Shown here piece by piece: positions 23,146 through 36,569 of a stretch of DNA of 64,000 nt. This DNA is from Eledone cirrhosa. Its lineage: Eukaryota. The notes under the pieces were generated by a model, which was not told the origin of the DNA, did not search any database, and saw only the letters and a list, made by a program, of their open reading frames with translations. Numbering within the stretch: position 1 is the stretch's first letter; the number at the start of each line of letters is the position of its first letter. Location: positions 256,804,001-256,868,000 of the forward strand of contig OZ024743.1 of assembly GCA_964016885.1 (NCBI GenBank). The letters are read 5' to 3'. The translations under genes and the position numbers were made by a program.

Positions 23146-23559
23146 ATTTTTAGTCAAGCAACTATTATAGTTTATAGATAGGTTGGCCATCATACAGCCT
23201 GTTCATTTCTAGTTGGCTGGCACTTGTGTGAATTCAACACTTTTTTAACACTAGATACTTTGAATGGAAATGGGAGCTGGTCACACACTTTGCTCCACGC
23301 CTGCTAATGTTCATATAGTTCGCACCCCATAAGTATGAAGGCAAGAGGTTTAAGAAATTTGTTATTATCATCTCTCCTCTACCAGCATGTGGTTTTGGTA
23401 GTAGTAGCAACAAGTATATCTTCCCCTTCCCACAAAATTCTACACTCTGCACTCGCTAGGTATCGATAAAGTGAGCAAAGGATAGAATAAAATTAATAGT
23501 AAAGTAAATGGATATAATGAAATAAATTTTAAAGTTTATCAGATGTAGAATTTAACGGG

Positions 23560-24370
23560 ATTATAAAATGTCATAGAGAAGACACGGATCTTGTAACAAA
23601 AGTCCTGTGAGATGTGTGATTGCAGTTAGAAGTATAAGGGTATCATAACCTCACCTACATCCATCTTAATATTGCTGTGCAGCCTCATTGGGAAGATTCA
23701 TGTGTACAAAGGAGCCATGGCTAAATTCAACAGCATTATGGAGAATGATATGAATGGGATTTCCCTCCTATACTGGAGCTAATCATGGAATAGCATATAA
23801 ATGACTAAGAAAAAGATAAAGATAGCCAACTCGAGGTATGGCAGTTAAAAACCAGAGTGTCATGTTCATCGATGCTAACCCTAGAGGCGAACTAACGTAT
23901 CATTTTAAAAGAGTTTTTAAAAAAATGAACTTTAGGATTAAAGTAGTAAAAAAACCAGGAGCTACCATAAAGTCCCGGATCAGTACGACCTACCTCTTTA
24001 AACAAATCCCTTCTGCTGAAAGAAATTGCATAGTCTGTTAGATAAGCCCCCAGATTAACTGCAAAACTAGAAATATAGTATATAGGATAAAATGTACAGT
24101 GGACACTGCAGAAACAATACAATATACATAAGAGAGACAGTCTATAGTATAGGACAGAATTTAAAGAACACTGGCTAGAACTTACGGGGGAGAAAAGCTC
24201 ATCAGTACTATAATAACATGCCAAACTAGAACATGAGGGCTCAATAGATAACATAGAAATAAAGATCCTATCCACATATAGAACTGACATAAAACTCAGA
24301 CAAACAATTGAGGCCACACATATAATAGAAAATAGACCTAGCCTGAACAGAAAACTTGAGTGGAATAATA
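23560..24370 (+). pseudogene. Decayed PLE remnant of another lineage (linker + GIY-YIG)
   Basis: SVMFIDANPRGEL...IKVVKKPGATIK...CIVC, NCKTRNIVYRIKC...YI.ET...R.FKEH, with stops. Confidence 0.7.
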
Positions 24371-24613
24371 AAAGCCCCACAACTAAATGACTGAAGACAG
24401 AATAGAGAAAAAAAGACAGAAACAGCAAAACAGCAAACGATACAAACCTACACACACATAAAACCCACAGGCATGACAAACACAAAAAAAAACATATACA
24501 CACACACACAGATGAAGGTGCAGACATGAAACATGACAAACGCACCACAAAGCAAAGACAAGATGCAGTAAGACTTCTGTGTGTGTGTAAATATGTATGT
24601 GCGCATGTGTAAG

Positions 24614-25634
24614 TACGAGGTGCACTCAAGAGGTCTTGAGACGCTTTCTATTCACGCTCTCTAATTGACTTACGAAACTGTCACTCTAATATATCCTTGT
24701 TATGTTTATTATAGCTAACAAGCCAAATCTTTTTTTTTTCAGGTTGAAGTTTTGGGCCACTACAAGCACAATAAACACTATCCGTCACATACATATTGTC
24801 CCAGCTGACTTATTCCACAATGCAAGCAGGATGTGAGGTCAACTTGGAGGCTCATATGCAATATTGTTTTACTCAACAAAAAACCTACAGAAACCTATGA
24901 AATGGTCAAATATGCTTACAGACTAACTTTAATGAGCTCGGTGACTATTTTCCGCTGGCACAATAGGCTCCAGGAGGGGAGGGGGCAAGTGAGGGAAGAC
25001 GAGAGATGTGGCAGTGAGAGAGACATCAGGACACCAAAGTTCACAAATTTCTGGACAAGGATGGTTGTGCATCTCTTCTGACGATTGCTAAACAATTTGA
25101 GGTGGCTGATGACACTGTGCACAGTCATTCAAGACAATCTGAATGTGAGCAAAGTTGGTTCCCTCGATGATCAATGAAGATCAAAGGCAGAAGCACGTTG
25201 ATAACAGCAGGGAGATGGTCGAGTGGATCACATCGAATCCAAGTTTCCTTGAATCTCTGGTAACCTGTGATGAGAACTGGTCTTACAGTTATGATCCAGA
25301 GAGAGAGAGTGTCAAGTGGAAACATTCTGTCAACCCAAGACCTGAGAAGTCCTGGCAAAGCAGCTCCACTAGGAAGCTCATGTTGATCCCATTCTTTAAC
25401 AGTAAGGGCTTCATCTATATCCACTGGGTCCGCCACGACCAGACAGTCAACAAAGTGAACGCTGTAGAGATTTTGAGGCAGTTCAGAAAGAGATTTCATC
25501 ATATGAGAACAGTACTCTTCATTCAATTCTGGTCAGTGGCATATGCACTAAAAAATGCCCTCTGCCACACATCCATCCTGGTGACCAACTACTTGGCTGA
25601 TACAGAGATCGTGATTGTCCCTCATCCTCCCTAC
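24614..25634 (+). mobile_element. Mariner-family transposon remnant, 3'-truncated
   Basis: TACGAGG start; HTH region IFRWHNRLQEGRGQVREDERCG; VTCDENW...YDPE, KLMLIPFFNSKG, QTVN, PHPPY, then broken by a microsatellite. Confidence 0.85.
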
Positions 25635-25783
25635 ATACATATATATATATACAAACACACACACATACATATACTTATATATGTATCTGTGTGTGTATTA
25701 TAATAATAAACATCGAGTGCTCACCTGGGTGAACCTACAGTAATTTCACGTTACACTCCCTGGATATATATAATATATATATA

Positions 25784-26370
25784 TAGTATAAAAAAACGAA
25801 AAATCAGTGATTCATATGGACCCAGTTTATTGCGTGTTACAATTGTTTCGCCGGCAGGTAGCTCGAGACATGATCACTGTATGGATCTGGCTGATTCTAC
25901 GGCTGCAGGTTCGTCGGACACATGCAGTTCTTTCGGAGCAAATTTTCTCACTGGGGTGTTATCATCAAAAAACATCTTCCACTATTGTCTTGCCATTGGC
26001 TGTTGTTTTTCTACGTCATCATAAATTCTGGTCACTATTTACTGCTGCACTGGTCATCAGCCATTTTCCGTCCGACACACTTCAATTGCGCCAAGTTGGG
26101 TTTGGTATCTCACACGTCTGTTCACCTCCCGAGTGTGTACCCACATATACACAAACACACAAAACACAAATACACACACATACATACACACACGCAGGCA
26201 CACACACATGCATGCATACACATATGTACGCACACATGTGTAGACACACATATCCCCATACACATATATACACACACACACTCTCCCTCTCTTACACATA
26301 CCCAAGCACACCCACCCCCGTATACAGACCACTACATGTCTACTGGCCCCTGCCTATACAGCCCTTACAT
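25784..26370 (-). repeat. Left arm of a ~580-bp long-range inverted repeat (hammerhead-bearing pLTR-like)
   Basis: Diverged reverse complement of 30962-31535. Confidence 0.88.
25833..25922 (-). ncRNA. Hammerhead motif, CCGACGA core variant
   Basis: Minus strand: tgtgt-CCGACGA-acctgcag...ctgccggc-GAAA-caattg-TA-acacg. Confidence 0.65.
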
Positions 26371-27025
26371 CCGGTCTCACACGCACGCACACACGCGCAG
26401 ACACACACGTACACGCATACAAAGACACATATCGGCGTTCGGGCATATCTGCACGTATATATACAAACACTCTCAGACACATACATAGATACACACGCAC
26501 ATACACGCCTATCCTTATGGATAGGCATCAAGGACAGATACACTTCCAAAGACATAAGCACACATACACACACAGATACAGACCTGTACACATATCTACA
26601 CACAAGTACATGTACCCGCATATAAACATATAGACAAACCCTGTCCTATGTGGGTGTACGCAGCCACGCACACACACCCCCACTGACAGATACACACACC
26701 ATGTATATATATGTGTGTGTACATACACACACACACACATAGACATATACATATATGTATACATATACATATATACATACATATATATACACACATACAC
26801 ATACATACTTATACACACATAAATGTCTATATGTGTACACGCACACACACATACATACACATAGACACACACATACACCTACGCATATCCATATATACAT
26901 ATATATATTAATAAAAGGAATTCCAACTTTGTCTGATTTACTCGTTTTATTTACAATCCTTTAAAATGTATAATGGTATTAGAATGAAATAGTATGGTAG
27001 AATATTAAATGTTAAGTGTTAATTG

Positions 27026-27060
27026 AACAAGTACTTTCATGCTTTCGCAATCTTCAGGTT
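27026..27060 (-). ncRNA. Very compact hammerhead ribozyme (35 nt) in the Neptune-like pLTR
   Basis: Minus strand: aac-CTGAAGA-t tgc gaaa gca t-GAAA-gtac-TT-gtt; palindromic AGTACT stem III. Confidence 0.75.
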
Positions 27061-27419
27061 TTAATGTGTGGTGACAGTCAAGTTTACAATTTTCAACTGT
27101 AATGAGATGGGTAAATTTGTTGCCTTATATACAGTGAAAAGTGGCTCCAGAATGCTAAATCTTGCAAACTGTATTTCGACCAATCGGTGTGTAGTTTCAC
27201 TGGATTACTAAAGCTGATTGGTTTAGGCGTTACGGTTGGTTGAGCATGTCTAATGACTACTAATTGACCCTATCCAAAGCATCAATTGTTTTGCTATTTT
27301 TAGAAATGATGAAAATAGCATTTTCTAGTAATCATCACCATCAACATCACTTCTATTATTATTATTAGTGTTGGTGTTGTTAGTGGTCGTAGTCATAGTC
27401 ATAGTAGGGTACCCCGTTA

Positions 27420-30170
27420 TTATTGTTCATTTAGCTTGGGTTTGAATTTATCAATAAAATTCTTTTCTTTGATTTTTCTATTTAATTCACTTGGGCAGTG
27501 TAATTTGTAGAATGGGAATATTATAAATATTCCCTGACCACATGTTGCTAGATGGTTACTTAGGGGTATATGAATGACATTTGGGTCTCTGATTTGCTGT
27601 CGGTGTACCCGTGCACGTTCCGATAGTGCATTTCCAGTTTGACCGACATATAGTTCTTCACAATTCGGGCATTTAATGCAGTAAATTAGATTTCTGCTTT
27701 TGCAGTTCATATTTGCATTTGGGAATATTTTTCCAGTTTTTGTTTTCATATATTGACCGGCGTGTATTGATTGACATGTGCCACATCGACTGTCATTGCA
27801 TTTAGATACAGTGAATGATTGGTCTTTGTTGTTAAGGTCAAACTTTGCTTTTGTTAGTAATTGCTTCAAATTTTTCGGCTGTCTTTTACTAAGAGTCAAA
27901 GATCGATCTGTGATTAAGCCTTTTAATTCATTACTTTGATCAATGATCGGTAGGTTTTCTTTGGCAGTGTTGAAGATATTCTGGTGACATGGGTTGTGTG
28001 TCATTATAAATGGTATGTCCAGTTCTTGGTTTCTTCTTCCTTGGGTTGTCCTAAGTTGTTGTATAGGTATTTTTATAGTATGCCATTTTCTATAAGTAGA
28101 GATGGGTATTTTTGTTTGAGCAAAAATTCTCTTAGTTCTGTTAGGCGTTTGTACCTGGCATTCGTATCTTCTACAATGGTACAAATTCTTCTGGCTAGGC
28201 AGTATGGGATATTGCGTTTTGTACGAGGTGGATGGCACGACTTAAAATTCAGATATTGATGGGTGTCTGTGTGTTTATAATACATATCCGTGGTAATGGT
28301 GGTGTCGTTTTTGATTATCATTATATCTAGGAATGGTAATTTGGTACTACTCATCTCTTTTGTGAATTGGAGAGATGGGTGTAGGTTATTCAGGAGGATA
28401 TTGAACTCATCCAGAGTATCTAGAGATTCTGTCCAGCTGATGAAAGAGTCGTCAAGGTATCTCTTCCAAGATTTTTCAATGTACTTTCTAAAGTCAGTAC
28501 TATATTTTTCCTCTATTTCTTGGTAGAGTTGTTGTTCTAAGTATCCCATTACAGAGTTCGCGTAAACGGGAGCTAACTTCGTTCCCATCGCTGTGCCTCT
28601 AATTTGGATGTAATTCTTTCCATTGAAGAAGAAAGTGTTGTTTTCCAGAATAAGTTTAACTGCGTCTAATATAAATGGCGCTGTGAATCTGATGGGAATC
28701 ACTTCTCTATGTTTTTCCACCCAGTATTTAACCGTCTTTATTCCTAAATCATGTGTAATGTTGGTGTAAAGGCTTACCACATCAAAACTAAGTAGAAGTG
28801 AATTCGTTTCCGTGGTTTTGGGAAGATGGGACAGGAAGTCGATATCATCCCGGATGAAACTGTGTATGTGAATACATAGTCGTTTCAAAGTAATGTCAAC
28901 AAAATTGCTTAGACGGTGGGTGGTGCATGTTGGACCAGCTCTAAGTTTTAAGTCTTTTGGCTGTAGTAATTTAATGTACTCACTGTTTTGTTCTCTTACT
29001 GCCAGTTGTATTTCTTTTGACTTATGAACTTTCGGTAGGCCATACAGGTTACTGGGTTTTGACTCAAAATTGGTGATGTAGTCTCTTTCCTTATCAGTAA
29101 GTGAGTTGTGGTATTTTGAAGCCAGGTTGTTGATCTTCTTCATGATGTTGTGGTCTATATTTGACGGCATTTCATGATAGAATGTTGCGTCTTTCAGTTG
29201 TTTTTCAAGCAAATCCTTGTAGTATTCAGCATCCATTATAACAACTGCACCCCCTTTATCTGCTTGTTTAATTATTATTTTTTTATCATTTTGTATACGT
29301 TTAAGTGCAGACATTTCTGATTTGTTAATGTTTGGCCTGACATTAGTATTACGTCTAAGAGGAAATTTAGACAGGATGTCAATGTATTGTTCGAGCTAGA
29401 TAATTCTTCCTTTTGGCGGAGTGAAATTTGATTTATTCTTTACTAGTGATTCATCACTCTCATTAATTTTATCAGCGAAGAATTCTACAAGACGTAATTT
29501 TCGACAGAATTCTTGGGTATCCTCCTTCAGTTGTTGGTAGTTGACTGTTGGAGTCGGTGTGAATTTCAGTCCTTTCGACAGAATTTGCATTTCATCATTG
29601 TCAAGATCTCTTATGGATAAATTAATTATTTTAGGATCTACTGGTACAGTTGTTTTGGGTATGTTTCCTCCTGCAGTTTTTCTTTTTCCGGTTTTTATTG
29701 TCCTGACGTTAGAAAATGGATTTGTCTCTGTTCAGGATTTATATTCCTGTTGGTGTTCGCTTGATGAACTTTTGGTCGTGATATTATATTTGCTTTCGTT
29801 ATGTATTTTGTACTATTTTTGGTATTATGTATATTATTTTTCCATTTCTTGTTAGCATTAGTTTTAACAATCTGGGGAAATGATCTAGGTTTGATTTCAG
29901 GTTTAGATCGTTTTGTCGCCCAGCTTCTTGTGGGTAATCTCTGCTGAGATCTTGAGAGTGATCTGGTTATTCTACGTTTTGTTTCCCCGTTCCTTGTGGC
30001 TAGTCTCTGTTGAGATCTTGAGAATGATCTCCTGATTTTACTACTTCTCATGGTCTGGTCAAAGGAATATCTATTGTGTTTGTGCTTTTTGTTCATGCTG
30101 TGTGCGTTAGGCTGTTTTGGTAGAAAAAGCGAAGAGTTATTACCGTAGTTCTTCTTTGATTCAAGGTAAG
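27420..30170 (-). pseudogene. Frameshifted PLE RT + GIY-YIG ORF (Neptune-like)
   Basis: GLKFTPTP, ADKGGAVV, YGLPKVHK, DVVSLYTNI, GTAMGT, RYLDD, FLD, SCHP; CNDSRCGTC, LIYCIKCPNC..LYVGQT; split over several ORFs. Confidence 0.9.
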
Positions 30171-30961
30171 GTGAGTGTTTATATATATATATACACATAC
30201 ATACATATATATACACATACATACACATAAATACATATACGCACTCATACACACACATATATATATAAAGGTCTACATGCATACACATACCCATATATAT
30301 ATACATACGCACATGCACACACATGCACATATGCATATGTGCTTACACACAATGCTTACACATATGCATATATAAACAAAACCGTAAAATAAATATACAA
30401 TATACAATAAAAATACAATATACAATAAAATAACAATATAGTATACAATATATATATATATATATATATATAATAGATATATGATAAAATAATATATAAT
30501 ATAATGAATATATAATCCATCCATACACATTCCTGTGAGATGTACACATATATATACATATACAGACATATATACATATATATTCACATACATACATACA
30601 TACGCACCCACATATTCATACACAGCTATATATACATATATATATACATACACCCACATATGTGCACACATGCATGCACACACACACATATATAAACACA
30701 CACATATACGTACACATACACATAGACACACCCACACACACACGTATATGTATATCTCTACATACACACACACATACATATACATGCGCACAGGTCTACA
30801 CATAAACATACATATAAAAACAATAAGATAATAAAATAAAATAAATTTACAATATGTTAAAATACATTAAAATATGTATATAACTTCACAAAGAGATATA
30901 TAAAAAAAGGGGGGCAAGTAAAGGAGAAGGTACGTGTATTCATGTGATATACTACACACCT

Positions 30962-31535
30962 ATGTAAGGGGATGTATAGGCAGGAGCCAGTAGACATGTG
31001 GTGGTCTGTATACGGGGGTGGGTGTGCTTGGGTATGTGTAAAAGAGGGAGAGTGTGTGTGTGTATATATGTGTATGGGGATATGTGTGTCTACACATGTG
31101 TGCGTACATATGTGTATGCATGCATGTGTGTGTGACTGCGTGTGTGTATGTGTGTGTGTATGTGTGTACATACTCGGGAGTGTGAACAGACGTGTGAGAT
31201 ACCAAACCCAACATGGCTCCATTGAAGTGTGTCGGACGGAAAATGGCTGATGACCATTGTCGCAGTAAATAGTGACCAGAATTTATGATGACGTAGAAAA
31301 ACAAGAGCCAATGGCAAGACAAGAGTGGAAGATGTTTTTTGAAGGTGATTTTTATGAAAACACCCCAGCGATAAAGTTTGCTCCGAAAGAACTGCATGTG
31401 TCCGAAGAACCTGCAGCCGTAGAATCAGCCAGATCCATACAATGATCATGTCTCGAGATACCTGCCGGCGAAACAATTGTAACACGCAATAATCTGGGTC
31501 CAGATGCCACACTGATTTTTCGTTTTTTTATACTA
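30962..31535 (+). repeat. Right arm of the long-range inverted repeat
   Basis: Reverse complement of 25784-26370. Confidence 0.88.
31397..31486 (+). ncRNA. Hammerhead motif, CCGAAGA core variant
   Basis: tgtgt-CCGAAGA-acctgcag...ctgccggc-GAAA-caattg-TA-acacg. Confidence 0.65.
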
Positions 31536-31616
31536 TTCACACTCTGCTCTGTAAGAATATTGAATGCTAATTTTGGCATACCGTCTATGGAAGCACCATA
31601 GTACCATTAAACACAC

Positions 31617-31656
<40 letters not shown>

Positions 31657-32172
31657 CATAAATTAGATGAGTTGATAACACAACCATATAAAGGGAAAGC
31701 GTAATTCAAATGCATTTAATCGTAATTATTTTTATTCATTTTTCATTGAGTGAGTAATTGTGAGCAATTCAGATTATAGTGAATATATTTCCTTCCTATA
31801 AACTCGTTAATATGTAATATATATATGTCATATATATTTCCATATATTTAGGTATAACTGTAATTTTTTCTTTGTTTCTTCCTATTGTCTTTTTTGTACT
31901 CTCAGAATTTACCACGATTTCCAAAATAAATCTATTTAATCAATTATTTCTTTTCTAAATCTCTTCCCTTTTTAATATATATTTTTATATATTTTTGTAT
32001 GACAAAGTTAGAGCTGTGTAAGAAAAGTTAAGAGACTAACACAATTAGCATGAATGTACACAGAAAAATGTTAATTATCAACGTCTTGATGTTTGTTCTC
32101 GTCTTCTTAATGTTGCTGTAACTTGAAAATAAATAACAATAACATTCAGAAAATTTTGCTCGTTTTTTACTT

Positions 32173-32254
<82 letters not shown>

Positions 32255-33243
32255 AGGTGTGTATATATATATGTATGTGTAATCTATCTATATATGTGCA
32301 CATGTGTGTATATATACACATTTATGTATTTATATATTTATGCGTATATATAATAATAATGATAATAATGAAAGTATTGTGTACATATGTGTGAGTGCGT
32401 ATCTTTTTTATAGTTAAACTTAAATCATATACTTTCATTGATTGCTTGCAAATATTAAAATAATACATATTATTTTTAATTTTCATTTCATTTAAATTTA
32501 AAATCATTACATATTTTCTTTGATTATTATAGTTTTATAAAAACAAAAAAGCAACCCTAATATAAATAATAAACTCTATTTCATCAAAATATTCAGTTGA
32601 AACTATTTTATTCCATTATTACTAATATTATTATTATTATTTAGTTGTGATATTAGATTTCTAAATGCTTGTATTCATCGTGAGGAATGCTTTAGATTAT
32701 ACACAAAGCAGTTATGGAAAAAATGTAAATTTTCTTTTTCTTAAGGAATATTTTACCAAATATATGTTTCATTTGATTTCTTATTCATTTTTCGTATTCA
32801 TCATAATATTTTCTCTATTTTATTTTATTCAAATTTTGAATTTTGAATCACTCTACCCCACCCAAATCTAAATGCATTGTTGAATGCTGTTTCTCTGTAA
32901 ATCTGAATTCTGTTATTAAAACAAATGCATAGTTTGCATGATATTCTTGCTTGTATTTGTTAATTTTACTGGGTTTTCTGGTGCTATATCTTGGTGTTTT
33001 TTCTGAATTTATTGTGATATGAGAACACAATTTTTTTTTACTATTTAGTAAGGGCGGTAAAGGCAGCACCCATGGCCAATGACCATTAAAACAAAGGTAG
33101 CCGTTTATGGCACTGACCACAGAATGACACATTACTGTACCCTAAAGTCTCACAGCTTTAAAAAAATGTGTGTATCCTATATACAGAGCCAGCATCACTC
33201 TTAAGGTCAACTAAGGCAATCACCTTGGATACAGACCTTGGAG

Positions 33244-33429
33244 AAGGCATGTCAAACTGAGGGTCCTCGAGGGCCGCATGGGTCACATATGTGTTGTTTG
33301 AGGGCCACACACGACAACTAATTGTGCACATTACAACAGATTTTACAAAGATAAAATATTCTTGCGCTGTAAAAACCTTTGTGCGGACCGCAGGTGTGCT
33401 TCTATAGGGCCGCATGTTTGGCATGCCTA
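33244..33429 (-). mobile_element. hAT MITE, same family as 17022-17236
   Basis: aggcatgtcaaa...tttggcatgcct ends; decayed 8-bp TSD ccttggag/cattagag. Confidence 0.85.
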
Positions 33430-36169
33430 CATTAGAGAGTATTAAACCATAAAAGGATTGGTTTCATACATATTTGTATATAATACATACAGGAATGGCA
33501 CTAAGCAGCCACCTGGGGTACTGACCTCAGAGTCGTGCATTACTGAGTTTTAGAGGATTACAGTTTTATACAAATTTGTATAATTAAATTAGACATATAA
33601 TAATTTCCTGCATTCAATAAATTGATCACTAAACATATTTGCTACACAGCAATGTTTTAATGAGGGTTGCTTGGTGTTATGACATGTCGCATATTTTGTC
33701 ATGGGTGAGTGTTGACTATGTAGTAGAAAATGCAGGCTTAGTAATTTTATTAGTGTGGTTAGAGCACAAACTAGGTTTGCCAGGTGAAATAATTTTATTT
33801 GAAAGAATGAGGAACATAACTGGAAGAATGTGTGTGTATGTGTGGGTGGGGGGTACATATTATAGAGTGCTAAATACCTAGATATGTGGCAGGAATTAAG
33901 AACATTCATATTTTCAGGGCCTCTGGTGGAAGGAAAGGTAGAAGATATCCTCAAGCCTCACCTCCACAACAAAATACTTGGAGAATAAATTTCTCTAAAG
34001 GCTAACAAGGATCAGGTGAGATGATGGTTTTCAACTAAGCAATGGGTAAAGTCTGTAAACCAGGAACTTTGAATGTGAACCAATTATTAATAAACAACAT
34101 TTAATCTACCACTGCATAAATATAATCAACCAATGGAAACTATGTTTATTCAACAAATTCAAATTAAATCACAAAACGTTTGCAATCAAAAAATTGAATA
34201 ATCCAAGTACAGTAAAGGCTGACTCTACACCCAATCCTGAGCAGTATATCTCAGCTGTACCCCATGGTGAAGCATTGCCACTTAGAAGAGCCAGTGCATA
34301 ATTATGTATATACATGTGTATATCATACATATATATGAACATATTAGTGTCTACGTATATAACGAAAAGTCTATAACATAAGGTTATGTTGTTAGTACTG
34401 CTACAATACTTTCTCTTGGGATTTACTTATGGTAAATCAGTGCTAAATAAATCATTTCTCACTTCTTTTCTTTTTCTTTAGTTCCTTTTGCTTCCTATGA
34501 TTAATGGGCGTAAAGTTGTTAGCCTCACACCCCATGCAACACCACCCCCATCTTGACACAGGCCAAAAACAACCTACCTTTTTTTTATGTTAAGGAACCC
34601 TGGATAAGGCCGAATTTCAAATAAAATCAGCTGGAGCCAGCTAAGCCTGGGACTCAAATCGCATCACTCTATTTTCAATAGAATATTAGATAACACTATG
34701 CCATTATTGGCATAAAGTTTCTTTTAATCATTTCACTCTATTTTCAAAGACTCCGTGGGTAATGGTATGATCCGTTTTGACATAATATTTCTTTAAATCC
34801 TGTATCCATTTGTTATTAATTACAAAATATAATTCAAAATCCTAATTGTAAAACCGGCATTTGTTATTTTATTCTCAAAAACAGCATGTTACCTTCTTTG
34901 CCTTCCTAAATACAGATAGATTTGATAGAGCAAGTAGAAAAGTATTTTTTCGAAAAGATTACAAAAAAGACAAGCACTTCATCAAATGGCAGATATACAG
35001 TATGTGACTGTACATAAATTGGTGTATCCTGGTAGAAATGAATTCCACTTAAAATGAACTTGCAAATGAGATTTTATTTAGCCCATTAAGACAGTATTTA
35101 GATATAAGATTATTTGAATGAAGACATTTTGTGTATTCTAGACTCCAAGAAAAAGAAACTGAAAGAGTATTGATGATTGTTACTTGTGACCCTCTATGTG
35201 AAATAGCACCAGCACATATAGGAGGAATGCCTGTATAGAAACCCCACGAAATTAAATGAAAAGGTCAGAGGGTGTTGACTCTTCAAGATACTGTGCACAA
35301 CATCTTGAAGAGGAAGCATCAAAGATGGTTCTGTGGTAACGGCATCATGGAGTGGGAAGTTGTGATGGTCATCATGTCTCAAACATTGAATACCTGAAGG
35401 AGGATACTGACCTGAAATCTATCTAGAAAGTGAAGATGACAATGATGAACAGAGAATTGTAGTGGACATCATGTCACATACATTGCCAAACCGAAGGAGG
35501 TTACTGGCCAAGAATTTCTTCAAAGTAAAGATGATAATGGTAGATAAAAAAGTGTGAGAAAAAGGAACTTTGTTGTCTGTGTGAAGAAAAGGAACCTGTA
35601 TTCTAACACAAAATAATTTAGCCTCAGATGAATCAGCATATGAGATTTTACATATCCCTTTAGGAGAGTAGTGATCATTACATAAACACTCTCACCACAG
35701 CTAAAATCCATTAAGGAAAGCCAAACATGAAATCTTTCCATACTGTTGATCTGATAGACAGACAAGACAGATTTTCATTAAATATGTAACAACTTTCTTA
35801 AAAATCAAAAATAAATCACAATCATTATTCCTCTCTATGTTTCTATATATTTTACCTCATTTCCTCACTAACCTACCATATCAAGATTACATAATACTTT
35901 AAGCCTAGTGATTGCTGTTTCCAATCAGCATTACAATTATTAGCAATTAATTTATTATTATTAACACTTTTAATATAATTTAATATTAAGTAAGAGTATT
36001 AATTACATAAAATATTAATATTGGCTATTAATGTTTTTAAGTAGAATATTAGTTGGTCAAAATGTCATAAATAATATTTTCATTCAAATACTAGCTCAGA
36101 CTCCAGTGATGAGTGTTTCATTTGCTCCATCAATGGAATGGCTAACTCATGGAAGTAGTGTATCATTAA

Positions 36170-36386
36170 TGCAATGCTCTGGGAGGGAGATTTGCACGAC
36201 ATGGTGTGTGACAAACTTGTGCTTTATAATTACAGGTGCACTTACCACTATAGAAAGAGTTTCCGTTTAGCCAATTTCACTCTCAAGCTATGGTAAATAT
36301 CACTTGCCCAAAATGTCACTCACTGGAACCTAACCTGAAAAATCATGTTTGGGAAGGCAACATCTTAACCATTCTGCCATGCCTGC
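36170..36386 (-). mobile_element. Decayed tRNA-derived SINE (second family)
   Basis: Minus-strand head gcaggcaTGGCAGAATGGttaagatg...ggttcc...ttgggcaagtg with an A box and a degenerate B box. Confidence 0.55.
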
Positions 36387-36569
36387 ATCCATCCACCCAA
36401 AAGAGAAATAAGCAAGAAACTGAACACGAAACCATGCCCACTGCCTTGCAGCTAATAGGATATTCCCAGATAATGCTTTCAGTAGAAGAAACAATATAAG
36501 TAAAAATTTTGTTGATTATAATCTATAATTAATTATGTATCCATCCTTAGCCCTCTCCTGTTTATTATG

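Larger units (their letters stand above)
26910..30180 (-). mobile_element. Penelope-like element (Neptune-like), inserted in TA/CA-rich sequence
   Basis: RT + GIY-YIG coding region, a 3' hammerhead and microsatellite flanks. Confidence 0.88.
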
